Assembly: GCA_024641135.1 (NCBI GenBank)
Contig: JAHEDS010000007.1
Location: forward strand, 1 to 62,854
Origin: Flavobacteriales bacterium
GTDB lineage: Bacteria > Bacteroidota > Bacteroidia > Flavobacteriales > Flavobacteriaceae
DNA: 62,854 bases
Direction: 5' to 3'
Shown one piece after another: positions 11,236 through 21,415 of the stretch. Each line of letters opens with the position of its first letter. The first letter of the stretch is position 1. Position numbers and translations under genes: made by a program. The notes under the pieces were generated by a model. The model ran no database searches. It was not told the origin of the DNA and saw only the letters and a list, made by a program, of their open reading frames with translations.

Positions 11236-11925
11236 ATGAGACAAGAACTACATCCAAAAGGATGGAATGAAATAAAAACAAATGATTCCTGGGCCATATT
11301 TAAAATAATGGGCGAATTTGTTAGTGGTTTTGAGAAAATGAGTAAAATAGGCCCCTGTGTAACTATATTCGGCTCTGCCAGAACAAAATCAGATAACAAA
11401 TACTATTTATTAGCAGAAAAAATTGCAAAAAGAATTGTTGAATCTGGATATGGCGTCATAACTGGTGGTGGACCAGGTATTATGGAGGCAGGAAATAAAG
11501 GGGCACATCTTGGCGGAGGAACTTCGGTTGGGTTGAACATTGAATTACCATTCGAACAACATTTCAACCCTTATATAGATAGTGACAAAAACTTAGATTT
11601 CGATTATTTCTTTGTTCGAAAAGTGATGTTTGTAAAATATTCTCAAGGATTTGTGGTTATGCCTGGTGGTTTTGGAACCCTTGATGAGCTATTTGAAGCT
11701 ATAACACTTATCCAAACACATAAAATAGAAAAATTCCCTATTATTTTAGTTGGAACTGAATTTTGGACAGAATTAATGGATTGGATAAAAAAAACGCTTC
11801 TAAAGGAGTTTGGAAATATAAGCGAAAAGGATTTAGACCTTATTAATTTAGTGGATACTGAAGAAGAAGTTATCAATATTCTTGATTCATTTTATAAAGA
11901 ATCTGATTTTAGCCCAAACTTTTAA
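11236..11925 (+). CDS. LOG family nucleotide monophosphate nucleosidase (TIGR00730-type Rossmann protein)
   Basis: FGSAR, TGGGPGIM and PGGFGTLDE motifs. Confidence 0.92.
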   Translation: MRQELHPKGWNEIKTNDSWAIFKIMGEFVSGFEKMSKIGPCVTIFGSARTKSDNKYYLLAEKIAKRIVESGYGVITGGGPGIMEAGNKGAHLGGGTSVGLNIELPFEQHFNPYIDSDKNLDFDYFFVRKVMFVKYSQGFVVMPGGFGTLDELFEAITLIQTHKIEKFPIILVGTEFWTELMDWIKKTLLKEFGNISEKDLDLINLVDTEEEVINILDSFYKESDFSPNF

Positions 11926-12018
11926 TTGCATAAAATCGAAATTACACGGCTTTAAATTTTATTATATTGCTAATCCAAATTTTCTAATAAATTAACCTTT
12001 TAATGTTTAACAAATAAA

Positions 12019-14850
12019 TTGAAACTTCGATTTTTAAACTTTTTACTATTTGGATTATTAGGTCTTACTGCTTCAAGTCAGAATAGTATTGACCTTAGAG
12101 CCGTATTCAATATAGAAAAAAAAGGAATTGCTATTTCGGAGACAATAAGCTATCAGAATACTTCAAAAGATACTTTACAAACTATTTATCTTAATGATTG
12201 GAATAACAGTTATTCTACAAAAAAAACACCTCTTGCTATAAGAATGGCAGATGAATATAAAAACGAATTTCATTTTGCAAAAAATGAAGACAGAGGTTTT
12301 TCAGTTATAACATCAATAAAGCAAGGACAAGAAGATTTACAATATGAAGCATTACCTGGACAAATTGATATTGTAAAAGTTAAATTAAAAACACCTGTTA
12401 ATCCAAATGAATATTATAAAATAAACCTCTCCTATGTCGTTCAAATTCCTAGCGATAAATTCACAAATTATGGTATAACACCATCAGGTGATATAAATTT
12501 AAGATATTGGTATATTACACCTGCAATTTATAATGGTGAGTGGCAATATTACAGTAATAAGGATTTAGATGATTTATATATTCCTTCAGCTAATGTAGCT
12601 ATAGAATTAGTCTGCCCAAAGGAATATAAAATAACTTCAGAATTAAATGTAATTAACACATTTCAAAACAATATAAATCAAACAATTACATTAAAAGGGA
12701 ACAATAGAATTAACAACAAAATATTTTTGAGTAAATCACCCAATTTTAATTCTATTCAAAATGATAATTTCACTGTAATATCTAATATCGAAGAGTCCAA
12801 TATTGAAGTGCTCGAAAAAGTTTTAATTACTGAAAAAGTGACAAAATTCATTTTTGAAAACCTTGGTGATTACCCACACGAAAAATTACTTTTAACTAAT
12901 ATTGATTATTTAAAAGACCCTATTTACGGATTAAATTTTCTTCCAAAATTTGTACATCCTTACCCCGATAATTTTCAGTATGAATTAAAACTTTTAAAAG
13001 TAGCTCTTTATAATTATTTAGAGAATACACTTCTTGTAAATCCTCGAAAAGATCAGTGGCTTTTGGACGGTTTACAAATTTATTATTTGATAAAATATGT
13101 TGAGTTAAACTATCCAGATATGAAGTTTCTTGGTACATTGTCAAATTTTTGGGGTATCCGTTCCTTTCATGCTGCTGATGTAAAATTTAATGAGAAATAT
13201 ATTCTTGGTTATATGTTAATGGCACGATCAAATCGAGATCAACCACTTACCATGGAAAAAGATTCATTGTTAAAATTCAATAAAAATATTACTAATAAAT
13301 ATAAGGCTGGGGCTGGACTAAAATATCTTGATGCCTTTATTAATTCAAATGTTTTAGAAACAACTATCAAAACATTTCTTTATAAATATAAATTAAAGGA
13401 AACAAACGCTTCCGCATTTGAAAATGACATTAAAAATGCTACGAATAAAAATATTGACTGGTTTTTTCAGGATTACTTAAAAACAAGAAAAAAAATAGAT
13501 TTCAAAATTAAGGATGTTGTAAAAACTCAAGATTCCATTACACTTACTATAAAGAATAAACGCGAAAATAACATGCCGGTTTCTCTTTATACTCTTAAAA
13601 ATGATACAATTGTATCAAAAACATGGATTGAGAACATTTCAGATAGTAGAACTATTACTATTCCTAGAAAAGAAGCCGATAAATTGGTTCTGAATTATGA
13701 AAATATTATACCTGAAATTAACTTACGTGACAATTGGAAATCATTAAAAGGATTCTTTTTTAATAACAAACCATTACAATTTAGAGTCTTTAAGGACATT
13801 GAAGATCCCAATTACAATCAGGTATTTTTTATGCCAATTATTGAATACAACAACATATATGACGGGTTAACTTTAGGGGTAAAAACCTATAATAAAACAC
13901 TATTAAGAAAATACTTTAACTATCAATTTGAACCAAAATATTCTGTTAAATCTAGATCATTTACTGGTGTGGGTAATGTTTTCAATATTCATGATTTTGA
14001 GAACAGTAATTTATATTCATTAAATTATGGACTTAGAGGAAGTTATAGTTCATATGCACCAGAATTATTTGTAAGGCAAATTACCCCATATTTGAGTTTT
14101 TTCTTCAGAGAAAAGGATGATTTTCGTTCTAACAAAAGAAAAGCAATAACTATCAGATATTTAGATACAAAACGAGATGAAGACATAAACAATATTGCAA
14201 ACAGTAATGAACCTAATTATAGTGTTTTTAATGTTCGCTATATCAATTCTAATGCTAATTTAATCAATTATAATAGTTGGCATACAGATTTTCAATTAGG
14301 TAAAAAGTTTACAAAATTGTCATTTGAGTACGAATACAGACACCTATTTGAAAATAACAGACAATTAAATTTGCGGTTGTTCTCGGGTGTTTTTTTAAGA
14401 AACACAAATGATTTAGATTCCGACTATTTTAGTTTTGCTTTGGACCGCCCTACAGATTATTTATTTGACTATAATTATCTGGGGAGATCTGAGTCTTCTG
14501 GAGTCTTTAGCCAGCAATATATCGAAGCTGAAGGTGGTTTTAAATCAAAATTAAATACTCCTTTTGCCAACGAATGGATTTCGACACTTAATGTCAGTAC
14601 AACTTTATGGAAATATGTGCTGGTTTATTCAGATATTGGCCTTGTAAAAAATAAATTAAACAGTGCTAAATTTGTTTATGATTCTGGTATACGAATTAAT
14701 CTGGTCACTGATTATTTTGAAATTTATTTGCCTATATATTCCAATTTAGGATGGGAAATTGGTCAGCCACATTACGACGAGAAAATACGATTTAAATTCA
14801 CAGTAGATCCTAAATCTTTATTCGGCTTATTTAGAAGACGCTGGTATTAA
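12019..14850 (+). CDS. Exported M1 aminopeptidase-like protein with degenerate active site and beta-rich C-terminal region
   Basis: Signal peptide, M1-like YQNTSKDTLQTIYL, WLLDGL, YKAGAGLKYL and IDWFF segments. No HExxH. TTG start. Confidence 0.7.
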   Translation: MKLRFLNFLLFGLLGLTASSQNSIDLRAVFNIEKKGIAISETISYQNTSKDTLQTIYLNDWNNSYSTKKTPLAIRMADEYKNEFHFAKNEDRGFSVITSIKQGQEDLQYEALPGQIDIVKVKLKTPVNPNEYYKINLSYVVQIPSDKFTNYGITPSGDINLRYWYITPAIYNGEWQYYSNKDLDDLYIPSANVAIELVCPKEYKITSELNVINTFQNNINQTITLKGNNRINNKIFLSKSPNFNSIQNDNFTVISNIEESNIEVLEKVLITEKVTKFIFENLGDYPHEKLLLTNIDYLKDPIYGLNFLPKFVHPYPDNFQYELKLLKVALYNYLENTLLVNPRKDQWLLDGLQIYYLIKYVELNYPDMKFLGTLSNFWGIRSFHAADVKFNEKYILGYMLMARSNRDQPLTMEKDSLLKFNKNITNKYKAGAGLKYLDAFINSNVLETTIKTFLYKYKLKETNASAFENDIKNATNKNIDWFFQDYLKTRKKIDFKIKDVVKTQDSITLTIKNKRENNMPVSLYTLKNDTIVSKTWIENISDSRTITIPRKEADKLVLNYENIIPEINLRDNWKSLKGFFFNNKPLQFRVFKDIEDPNYNQVFFMPIIEYNNIYDGLTLGVKTYNKTLLRKYFNYQFEPKYSVKSRSFTGVGNVFNIHDFENSNLYSLNYGLRGSYSSYAPELFVRQITPYLSFFFREKDDFRSNKRKAITIRYLDTKRDEDINNIANSNEPNYSVFNVRYINSNANLINYNSWHTDFQLGKKFTKLSFEYEYRHLFENNRQLNLRLFSGVFLRNTNDLDSDYFSFALDRPTDYLFDYNYLGRSESSGVFSQQYIEAEGGFKSKLNTPFANEWISTLNVSTTLWKYVLVYSDIGLVKNKLNSAKFVYDSGIRINLVTDYFEIYLPIYSNLGWEIGQPHYDEKIRFKFTVDPKSLFGLFRRRWY

Positions 14851-15020
14851 TGCTTATTTTATTAAATTATTTTTTAATTAAATTTAATTTGGTTAAAAAA
14901 TTATCAGTAAAACCTAGTTATAATGCTATTCCATTAAGAATTCATTAAATTGGTATAAGTATTAGAATTGCAAAAACCATAAACTTTAATTAGATTTGCC
15001 GAAAATGAAAGCAAAATTTC

Positions 15021-17432
15021 ATGCAGCCAATGCCTAACATTAAGAATAACATAACTTTTGAAGACTTTAAAACTGAAGTTTTAAACGATTATAAATTAGC
15101 AGTTACTAGTCGAGAATGTAGTTTACTTGGAAGAAGAGAAGTTCTAACCGGCAAGGCAAAGTTTGGAATTTTTGGAGATGGAAAAGAAGTGCCTCAACTG
15201 GCAATGGCTAAAGCATTTCAAAAAGGAGATTTTCGTTCTGGGTATTATCGTGATCAAACACTCATGATGGCTTTAGGCGAATTAACTGTTGAACAATTTT
15301 TTGCTGGATTATACGCCAATACAAACTTAGAACTAGAGCCAATGTCGGCTGGCAGACAAATGGGAGGCCATTTTTCAACACATAGTTTAGACGAAAAAGG
15401 GAATTGGAAAGATTTAACGAAGCAATATAATTCAAGTTCAGACATCTCTCCTACTGCTGGACAAATGCCCCGCTTACTGGGGTTAGCTCAAGCATCAAAA
15501 ATTTATAGAAATGTTGAAGGTATTGATACCACAAATTTTTCTGATAAAGGAAATGAAATAGCTTGGGGAACCATTGGAAATGCAAGTACTAGTGAAGGAT
15601 TATTCTTTGAAACTATTAATGCTGCAGGCGTTTTACAGGTTCCAATGGTTATAAGTGTTTGGGATGATGAATATGGTATTTCTGTTCATGCCCGACACCA
15701 AACCTCAAAAGAAAATATATCTGAAATATTAAAAGGATTTCAACGAAATAATGATGAAAAGGGATATGAAATTCTAAGAATAAAAGGGTGGGATTATGCT
15801 AATTTAGTAGAAACTTATCAGGAAGCTGCTTCAATTGCACGTGAAGAACATGTTCCAGTATTAATTCACGTATCAGAATTAACACAACCACAAGGCCATT
15901 CTACATCAGGTTCTCATGAAAGATATAAAGACAAAAATCGATTAAACTGGGAAATGGAACATGATTGTATTTTGAAAATGCGATTATGGATGATTGAAAC
16001 AGGAATTGCTACTAACGAAGATTTAACAGACCTTGAGCGTTCCATTAAACGTGAAGTTAGAGATGGAAAAAAACGAGCATGGGACACATTTCTTAACCCT
16101 ATATTAAAAGAGCGTGAAGAACTTGGTGCCCTTTTATCTCGTTTAGCGGTTACCGATAAAAATTCTGATTATATATTAAAGGCAAAAAGTACATTACTTG
16201 CACTTGAAGAACCTACTAGAAAAGATATTTTATCAACAGCTAGAACCATTTCTTACCATTCTATTTCCAGTAATTCTATTGAAAAACAACATCTTAATAA
16301 TTGGATTTCTAAAAATATTAAGGAAGCAGAATTTAATTTTGGTTCTCATTTATATTCTATTTCAGATAAATCTGTTATTGGAATTAGCGAAGTAGAAGCA
16401 AAATATGATATTGATGCTGCCCAGGTAGATGGTAGAATTATTATACGCGATAATTTTGATTATATTTTTAACAAGCATCCTGAAGTCTTGATTTTTGGTG
16501 AAGACACAGGTTACATTGGCGATGTAAATCAAGGTCTAGAAGGATTGCAGGAAAAATATGGAGAACTTCGAATTTCTGATACAGGTATTAGAGAAGCCAC
16601 TATTTTAGGACAAGGTATTGGAATGGCCATGCGAGGACTAAGGCCAATTGCTGAAATTCAGTATTTAGATTATTTAATGTATGCCTTACAAATAATTAGC
16701 GATGATTTGGCTACGTTGCATTATAGAACTAAAGGTCGTCAAAAAGCACCTTTAATTATTAGAACACGTGGACATCGATTAGAAGGTATATGGCACTCTG
16801 GATCACAATTAGGAGGCATAGTAAATTTAGTAAGAGGAATTCATGTTCTGGTTCCAAGAAATATGACGAAAGCAGCTGGGTTTTACAACACTTTATTAGA
16901 AGGTGACGAACCTGCATTGGTCATTGAATGTTTAAATGGCTACCGTTTAAAAGAGAAATTACCAAATAATATAGGACTTTTTAAGACACCCATTGGTATT
17001 GTAGAAACAGTTAAGTATGGTAACGATATTACATTAGTATCCTATGGTTCTACATTACGAATTGTAGAGCAAGCTGCTAAAGAATTACAGCTAGTGGATA
17101 TTGAAGTTGAAATTATAGATGTTCAATCACTTTTACCTTTCGATATTAACCATGATATTGCAAAAAGCATAGCTAAGACAAATCGGGTTATGATTATTGA
17201 TGAAGATGTACCAGGTGGTGCTTCAGCTTATATATTAAACGAAATATTGAATACTCAAAATGCTTATCAATATCTGGATAGTCAGCCAAAAACCCTGACA
17301 GCAAAGGCACACAGACCTGCTTATGGCACCGATGGCGATTATTTTTCAAAGCCATCTATTGAGGACGTTTTTGAAGCTGTTTATGGAGTCATGCATGAAG
17401 TAAGTCCGACTAATTTTCCTAAATTGAGATAA
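15021..17432 (+). CDS. 2-oxoacid dehydrogenase E1, fused alpha/beta (branched-chain type)
   Basis: YYRD, TPP-binding region GNASTSEG, GHSTSG, FGED, EIQYLDY and HSGS. TAGATTTG -7 element at 14991-14998. Confidence 0.92.
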   Translation: MQPMPNIKNNITFEDFKTEVLNDYKLAVTSRECSLLGRREVLTGKAKFGIFGDGKEVPQLAMAKAFQKGDFRSGYYRDQTLMMALGELTVEQFFAGLYANTNLELEPMSAGRQMGGHFSTHSLDEKGNWKDLTKQYNSSSDISPTAGQMPRLLGLAQASKIYRNVEGIDTTNFSDKGNEIAWGTIGNASTSEGLFFETINAAGVLQVPMVISVWDDEYGISVHARHQTSKENISEILKGFQRNNDEKGYEILRIKGWDYANLVETYQEAASIAREEHVPVLIHVSELTQPQGHSTSGSHERYKDKNRLNWEMEHDCILKMRLWMIETGIATNEDLTDLERSIKREVRDGKKRAWDTFLNPILKEREELGALLSRLAVTDKNSDYILKAKSTLLALEEPTRKDILSTARTISYHSISSNSIEKQHLNNWISKNIKEAEFNFGSHLYSISDKSVIGISEVEAKYDIDAAQVDGRIIIRDNFDYIFNKHPEVLIFGEDTGYIGDVNQGLEGLQEKYGELRISDTGIREATILGQGIGMAMRGLRPIAEIQYLDYLMYALQIISDDLATLHYRTKGRQKAPLIIRTRGHRLEGIWHSGSQLGGIVNLVRGIHVLVPRNMTKAAGFYNTLLEGDEPALVIECLNGYRLKEKLPNNIGLFKTPIGIVETVKYGNDITLVSYGSTLRIVEQAAKELQLVDIEVEIIDVQSLLPFDINHDIAKSIAKTNRVMIIDEDVPGGASAYILNEILNTQNAYQYLDSQPKTLTAKAHRPAYGTDGDYFSKPSIEDVFEAVYGVMHEVSPTNFPKLR

Positions 17433-17439
17433 TTTTATT

Positions 17440-17916
17440 TTGAAAGCTGTTCCGGTAGTAACTATAAAAAAAGAATTAATACAACTATCCAAGGAAGAGC
17501 TAACAGAACTTTGTTTAAGATTATCGAAATTTAAAAAAGAAAATAAAGAACTCCTTACCTATTTACTTTTTGAATCGCACCATGAAGGTGATTATATAGA
17601 AAACATTAAACGTTTTATTGACGAGCAATTTGAATTAATAAATACCAATAGTTATTTCTACATAAAAAAGAGTGTAAGAAAGATATTAAGACTTATTAAA
17701 AAATTTGCCAAATACTCTTTAAAAAAAGAAACAGAAGTTGAATTACTTTTGTATTTCTGCCTTAAACTAAAAGAATTTCGTCCTTCTATACAACACAACG
17801 TCACTCTTACAAATATTTTTGAAAGACAATTACTTCTTATTAAAAAAATTGTTTCTACTTTACATGAAGATTTGCAGTACGATTATAATTTAGTTATAGA
17901 TGAATTAACTGAATAA
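17440..17916 (+). CDS. Conserved hypothetical protein
   Basis: 158-aa helical ORF (KFKKENKELLTYLLF), TTG start 7 nt after the E1 gene. Confidence 0.8.
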   Translation: MKAVPVVTIKKELIQLSKEELTELCLRLSKFKKENKELLTYLLFESHHEGDYIENIKRFIDEQFELINTNSYFYIKKSVRKILRLIKKFAKYSLKKETEVELLLYFCLKLKEFRPSIQHNVTLTNIFERQLLLIKKIVSTLHEDLQYDYNLVIDELTE

Positions 17917-18003
17917 ATCCCTAAAGCAAAACTGTCTATATTTCTATCTTATAAAACATAATATGTAACTTTGTAAACTCTATTTTTAGATTTAAGCATT
18001 AGA

Positions 18004-20169
18004 ATGATAAATATTCACGAAAAGACTTTACAAGACTTAGAATTTCATACTGTTTTAGCGCAAGTAAGTGAGCACTGTATTACGTCCTTAGGAAACGAAA
18101 AAGTGCTAAAAATAGCTCCATTTAAAACCAAAGAAGAGCTATTGTTTGCTTTACAATTAACGAATGAATATCTTTCATCATTTCATAACAACAATAGAAT
18201 TCCCAATCATGGTTTTGATACCATAACAAAAGAACTTCAATTGTTACGTATTGAAAACACTTATCTTGAGGTCCATAGCTTAAAAAAAATAGTTTCCATT
18301 TCATTAACGACTAATGAAGTAGTCTCCTTTCTGCAAAAGTTTAAAGAATATTATCCGGTTTTAAATGACTTTGCCTCTCATATTGAAGTTACTAAAGCGA
18401 TTATTGAAAAGGTAGATGCTGTTGTTGATAGGTTTGGTGATATTAAAGACAATGCCTCCTCGTTATTATACGATTTAAGACAATCCATCAATAAAGTTAA
18501 AGGTAAAATAAACCAAAGCTTTGCGACTGCACTACACGCCTATCATCAATTAGATTATTTAGATGATATTCGGGAATCTGTGGTTGATAATAAACGTGTA
18601 CTTGCGGTAAAAGCCATGTACCGCCGCAAAATAAAAGGTGCTATTATGGGTGGTAGTAAAACGGGAAGTATTGTTTATATCGAACCGGAAACTACTTTAC
18701 AATTTTCCAGAGAGCTAAATAATTTAGAGTATGAAGAAAAGGAAGAAGTTATAAGAATTTTAAAGGATGTCACAAATTTTATACGTCCCTTTAAAAAATT
18801 ACTAGATGATTCACAGTCCTTTTTAATTGACTTGGATGTTATTGCAGCTAAAGCAAAATACGCCAAGTCTATGAATGCCATTCTTCCTGTAATTTCCGAA
18901 GAACGAAGTATGGCATTAAGAGATGCATATCATCCTCTGTTGTTCTTAAGTAATCAAAAAAATAAAAAAACAACCTTCCCTCAATCAATCGATTTTCAGC
19001 AAGATAAACGTGTTATTGTTATTTCAGGACCTAATGCCGGTGGAAAAAGTATTACCCTTAAAACTATTGGTTTATTACAAGTCATGATTCAAAGTGGATT
19101 ATTAATTCCAGTACATGAGCGAAGTAAAATTTTTATTTTTGATAGAATTTTAAGTGATATTGGTGACAATCAATCCATTGAAAACCATTTAAGTACGTAT
19201 AGTTACCGACTTAAACAAATGAATTATTTTTTAAAGAAGTGTAATAAAAATACGCTGTTTTTAATTGATGAGTTTGGAACAGGGAGTGACCCTGAGCTCG
19301 GTGGTGCCTTGGCTGAAACCTTTTTGGAAGAATTTTATCATCGAGAAGCCTTTGGAATTATTACTACGCACTACTCCAACTTAAAAATATTGGCTAATGA
19401 ATTACCAAACATGGTAAATGCTAATATGCTTTTTGATGAAAAAACTTTAGAACCTCTTTTTAAACTGGTAGTTGGACAAGCGGGAAGTTCTTTTACTTTT
19501 GAGGTAGCTCAAAAAAATGGTATTCCATACAGCCTTATAAACAGGGCCAAAAAGAAAATTGAACGTAGTAAAGTACGATTTGATGCTACTATTGCAAAAC
19601 TTCAAAAAGAACGTTCTAAACTTGAAAAAACAGGTGAATCATTAAAAATTAATGAAAAAAAGAAACTTCAAGAAGCGGATAAGCTTGAAGAAATTAACCT
19701 TAAAATTCAAAAGAAATTAGAAAGTTACCAAGAATTATATGACAGTAATCAGCGCTTAATTTATTTAGGTCAAAAAGTTAATGATATTGCTGAAAAATAT
19801 TTTGACAACAACCAAAAAAGGGAGTTATTATCAGAGTTTTTCAAAATTGTACAAATTGAAAACTCTAAACGAAAAAAAGTAACAATCAAACAAAAAAAGG
19901 AAATAAAGGCCAAAGAAGAAAAAGTAAAGCAAGAAGCCGAAAAGAAAGTAGAAGTTATTAGACAAAAGAAAAAGGCTGCAAAAATAAAAGCAATTGAAAC
20001 ACCTAAGCCAAAACCTATTTTAAAAATTGGGGACCGCGTAAGAATGCATGATGGCCGTGCTATTGGTAGTATCGATGAAATTAAAAAAAATAAAGCGATA
20101 GTGAATTACGGCATTTTTACAACTAATATAAATATTGATTTATTAGAACTTGTTGAAGCTAAAAAATGA
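18004..20169 (+). CDS. mutS2: MutS2 family ATPase, no C-terminal Smr domain
   Basis: SGPNAGGKS, DIGDNQSI, LSTYS, DEFGTGSDP, TTHY, coiled coil, then a KOW-like end (LKIGDRVRM). Confidence 0.9.
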   Translation: MINIHEKTLQDLEFHTVLAQVSEHCITSLGNEKVLKIAPFKTKEELLFALQLTNEYLSSFHNNNRIPNHGFDTITKELQLLRIENTYLEVHSLKKIVSISLTTNEVVSFLQKFKEYYPVLNDFASHIEVTKAIIEKVDAVVDRFGDIKDNASSLLYDLRQSINKVKGKINQSFATALHAYHQLDYLDDIRESVVDNKRVLAVKAMYRRKIKGAIMGGSKTGSIVYIEPETTLQFSRELNNLEYEEKEEVIRILKDVTNFIRPFKKLLDDSQSFLIDLDVIAAKAKYAKSMNAILPVISEERSMALRDAYHPLLFLSNQKNKKTTFPQSIDFQQDKRVIVISGPNAGGKSITLKTIGLLQVMIQSGLLIPVHERSKIFIFDRILSDIGDNQSIENHLSTYSYRLKQMNYFLKKCNKNTLFLIDEFGTGSDPELGGALAETFLEEFYHREAFGIITTHYSNLKILANELPNMVNANMLFDEKTLEPLFKLVVGQAGSSFTFEVAQKNGIPYSLINRAKKKIERSKVRFDATIAKLQKERSKLEKTGESLKINEKKKLQEADKLEEINLKIQKKLESYQELYDSNQRLIYLGQKVNDIAEKYFDNNQKRELLSEFFKIVQIENSKRKKVTIKQKKEIKAKEEKVKQEAEKKVEVIRQKKKAAKIKAIETPKPKPILKIGDRVRMHDGRAIGSIDEIKKNKAIVNYGIFTTNINIDLLELVEAKK

Positions 20170-20579
20170 TTAATCTTCCTAAACAAAAGCTATTAATATT
20201 ATTTGATGGTGTTTGTAACCTGTGCAATTCTAGTGTCCAATATGTTATAAAACATGATAAAAGAAACAACTTTGTGTTTGCGGCCTTACAAGGTGACCTA
20301 GGGCAAGAAATTATTAAAAAACATGAAAAGGATTTAAAGCAATTAGATTCAATCCTACTCTATATCCCAGAAAAAGGCATTTTTTATAAATCTACTGCAG
20401 CATTAAAAATTGCTTATCATTTAGGCTTTCCAAATCGATTATTGACTGTGTTTTTTATAATACCAGAAGTGATAAGAAACTGGGCATATGATTTTATAGC
20501 AAAAAGAAGATATAAATGGTTTGGAAAAAATGAATTCTGTATGACACCTTCACCTGAGTTAAAAGACAGATTTTTATAG
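20166..20579 (+). CDS. DCC1-like thiol-disulfide oxidoreductase (DUF393)
   Basis: FDGVCNLC and RYKWFG motifs. ATGA overlap with mutS2. Confidence 0.9.
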   Translation: MINLPKQKLLILFDGVCNLCNSSVQYVIKHDKRNNFVFAALQGDLGQEIIKKHEKDLKQLDSILLYIPEKGIFYKSTAALKIAYHLGFPNRLLTVFFIIPEVIRNWAYDFIAKRRYKWFGKNEFCMTPSPELKDRFL

Positions 20580-21413
20580 TTATTTATCCACAAGGCTACC
20601 CCATTCCGTCCAGGAACCATCATAAACAGAAATAGTTTTATAACCTGAAATTTCAGCTCCTAAAGCTAAAACACAAGCAGTTATTCCCGATCCGCAAGAA
20701 AAAATTAGCGAATCCTCAGTATTTGCCAAAGACTCAAATTTGGCAACTATTTTCTCTTTAGAAATTAACTTATTTCCTTCCAGTAAATCTTCAAATGGTA
20801 AATTAGTTGAATTTGGTATTGTACCACTTCTTAACCCTATTCTTGGCTCAGGCTCTAAACTTTTAAATCTGGCTTCAGAACGAGCATCTATAATAATATG
20901 TGTATTAAATGATGAGGCTTTCTTAATATCCTCAAAATACATCATTAAATTTGGTTTGTAATTTGATATAAAATCGCCTTTAATAGGTTTATATTCTTTT
21001 TTTAATTCAGTTTTTAGACCAGCTTTAGTCCATTCTGGTAATCCACCATCTAAGACCGCCACATTAGTATGTCCCATCGCTTTAAACAGCCACCAGGCTC
21101 TTGCACTTGAGTAAATTCCTTTATCGTCATAAACAACAATAGCGCTGCTTTTATTGACTCCTAAATTCTGAGCCTCTTTAGTAAATTGCTCTTTTGATGG
21201 GAAAGTTGTTGGAAATGGTGCAGAAACATCACTAAAACGCTCTTTTAAATCAAAAAAAAGTGCTTTTGGAATTTGTACTTCGGATTTTGAATCCGTTTCT
21301 TCTGAACCTACTTTTTTAATACTGGCATCTAATATTATTAGATTTTCAGCATTTAAATTAGAATCTAGCCATTGTACAGAAACAACGGGAGCAGTAATTA
21401 CTAAATGAGCCAT
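20580..21413 (-). CDS. Two-domain rhodanese / 3-mercaptopyruvate sulfurtransferase (SseA-like)
   Basis: ARAWW, LDGGLPEW, CGSGITA active loop and YDGSWTEW. Confidence 0.93.
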   Translation of the reverse strand: MAHLVITAPVVSVQWLDSNLNAENLIILDASIKKVGSEETDSKSEVQIPKALFFDLKERFSDVSAPFPTTFPSKEQFTKEAQNLGVNKSSAIVVYDDKGIYSSARAWWLFKAMGHTNVAVLDGGLPEWTKAGLKTELKKEYKPIKGDFISNYKPNLMMYFEDIKKASSFNTHIIIDARSEARFKSLEPEPRIGLRSGTIPNSTNLPFEDLLEGNKLISKEKIVAKFESLANTEDSLIFSCGSGITACVLALGAEISGYKTISVYDGSWTEWGSLVDK

Positions 21414-21415
21414 AA

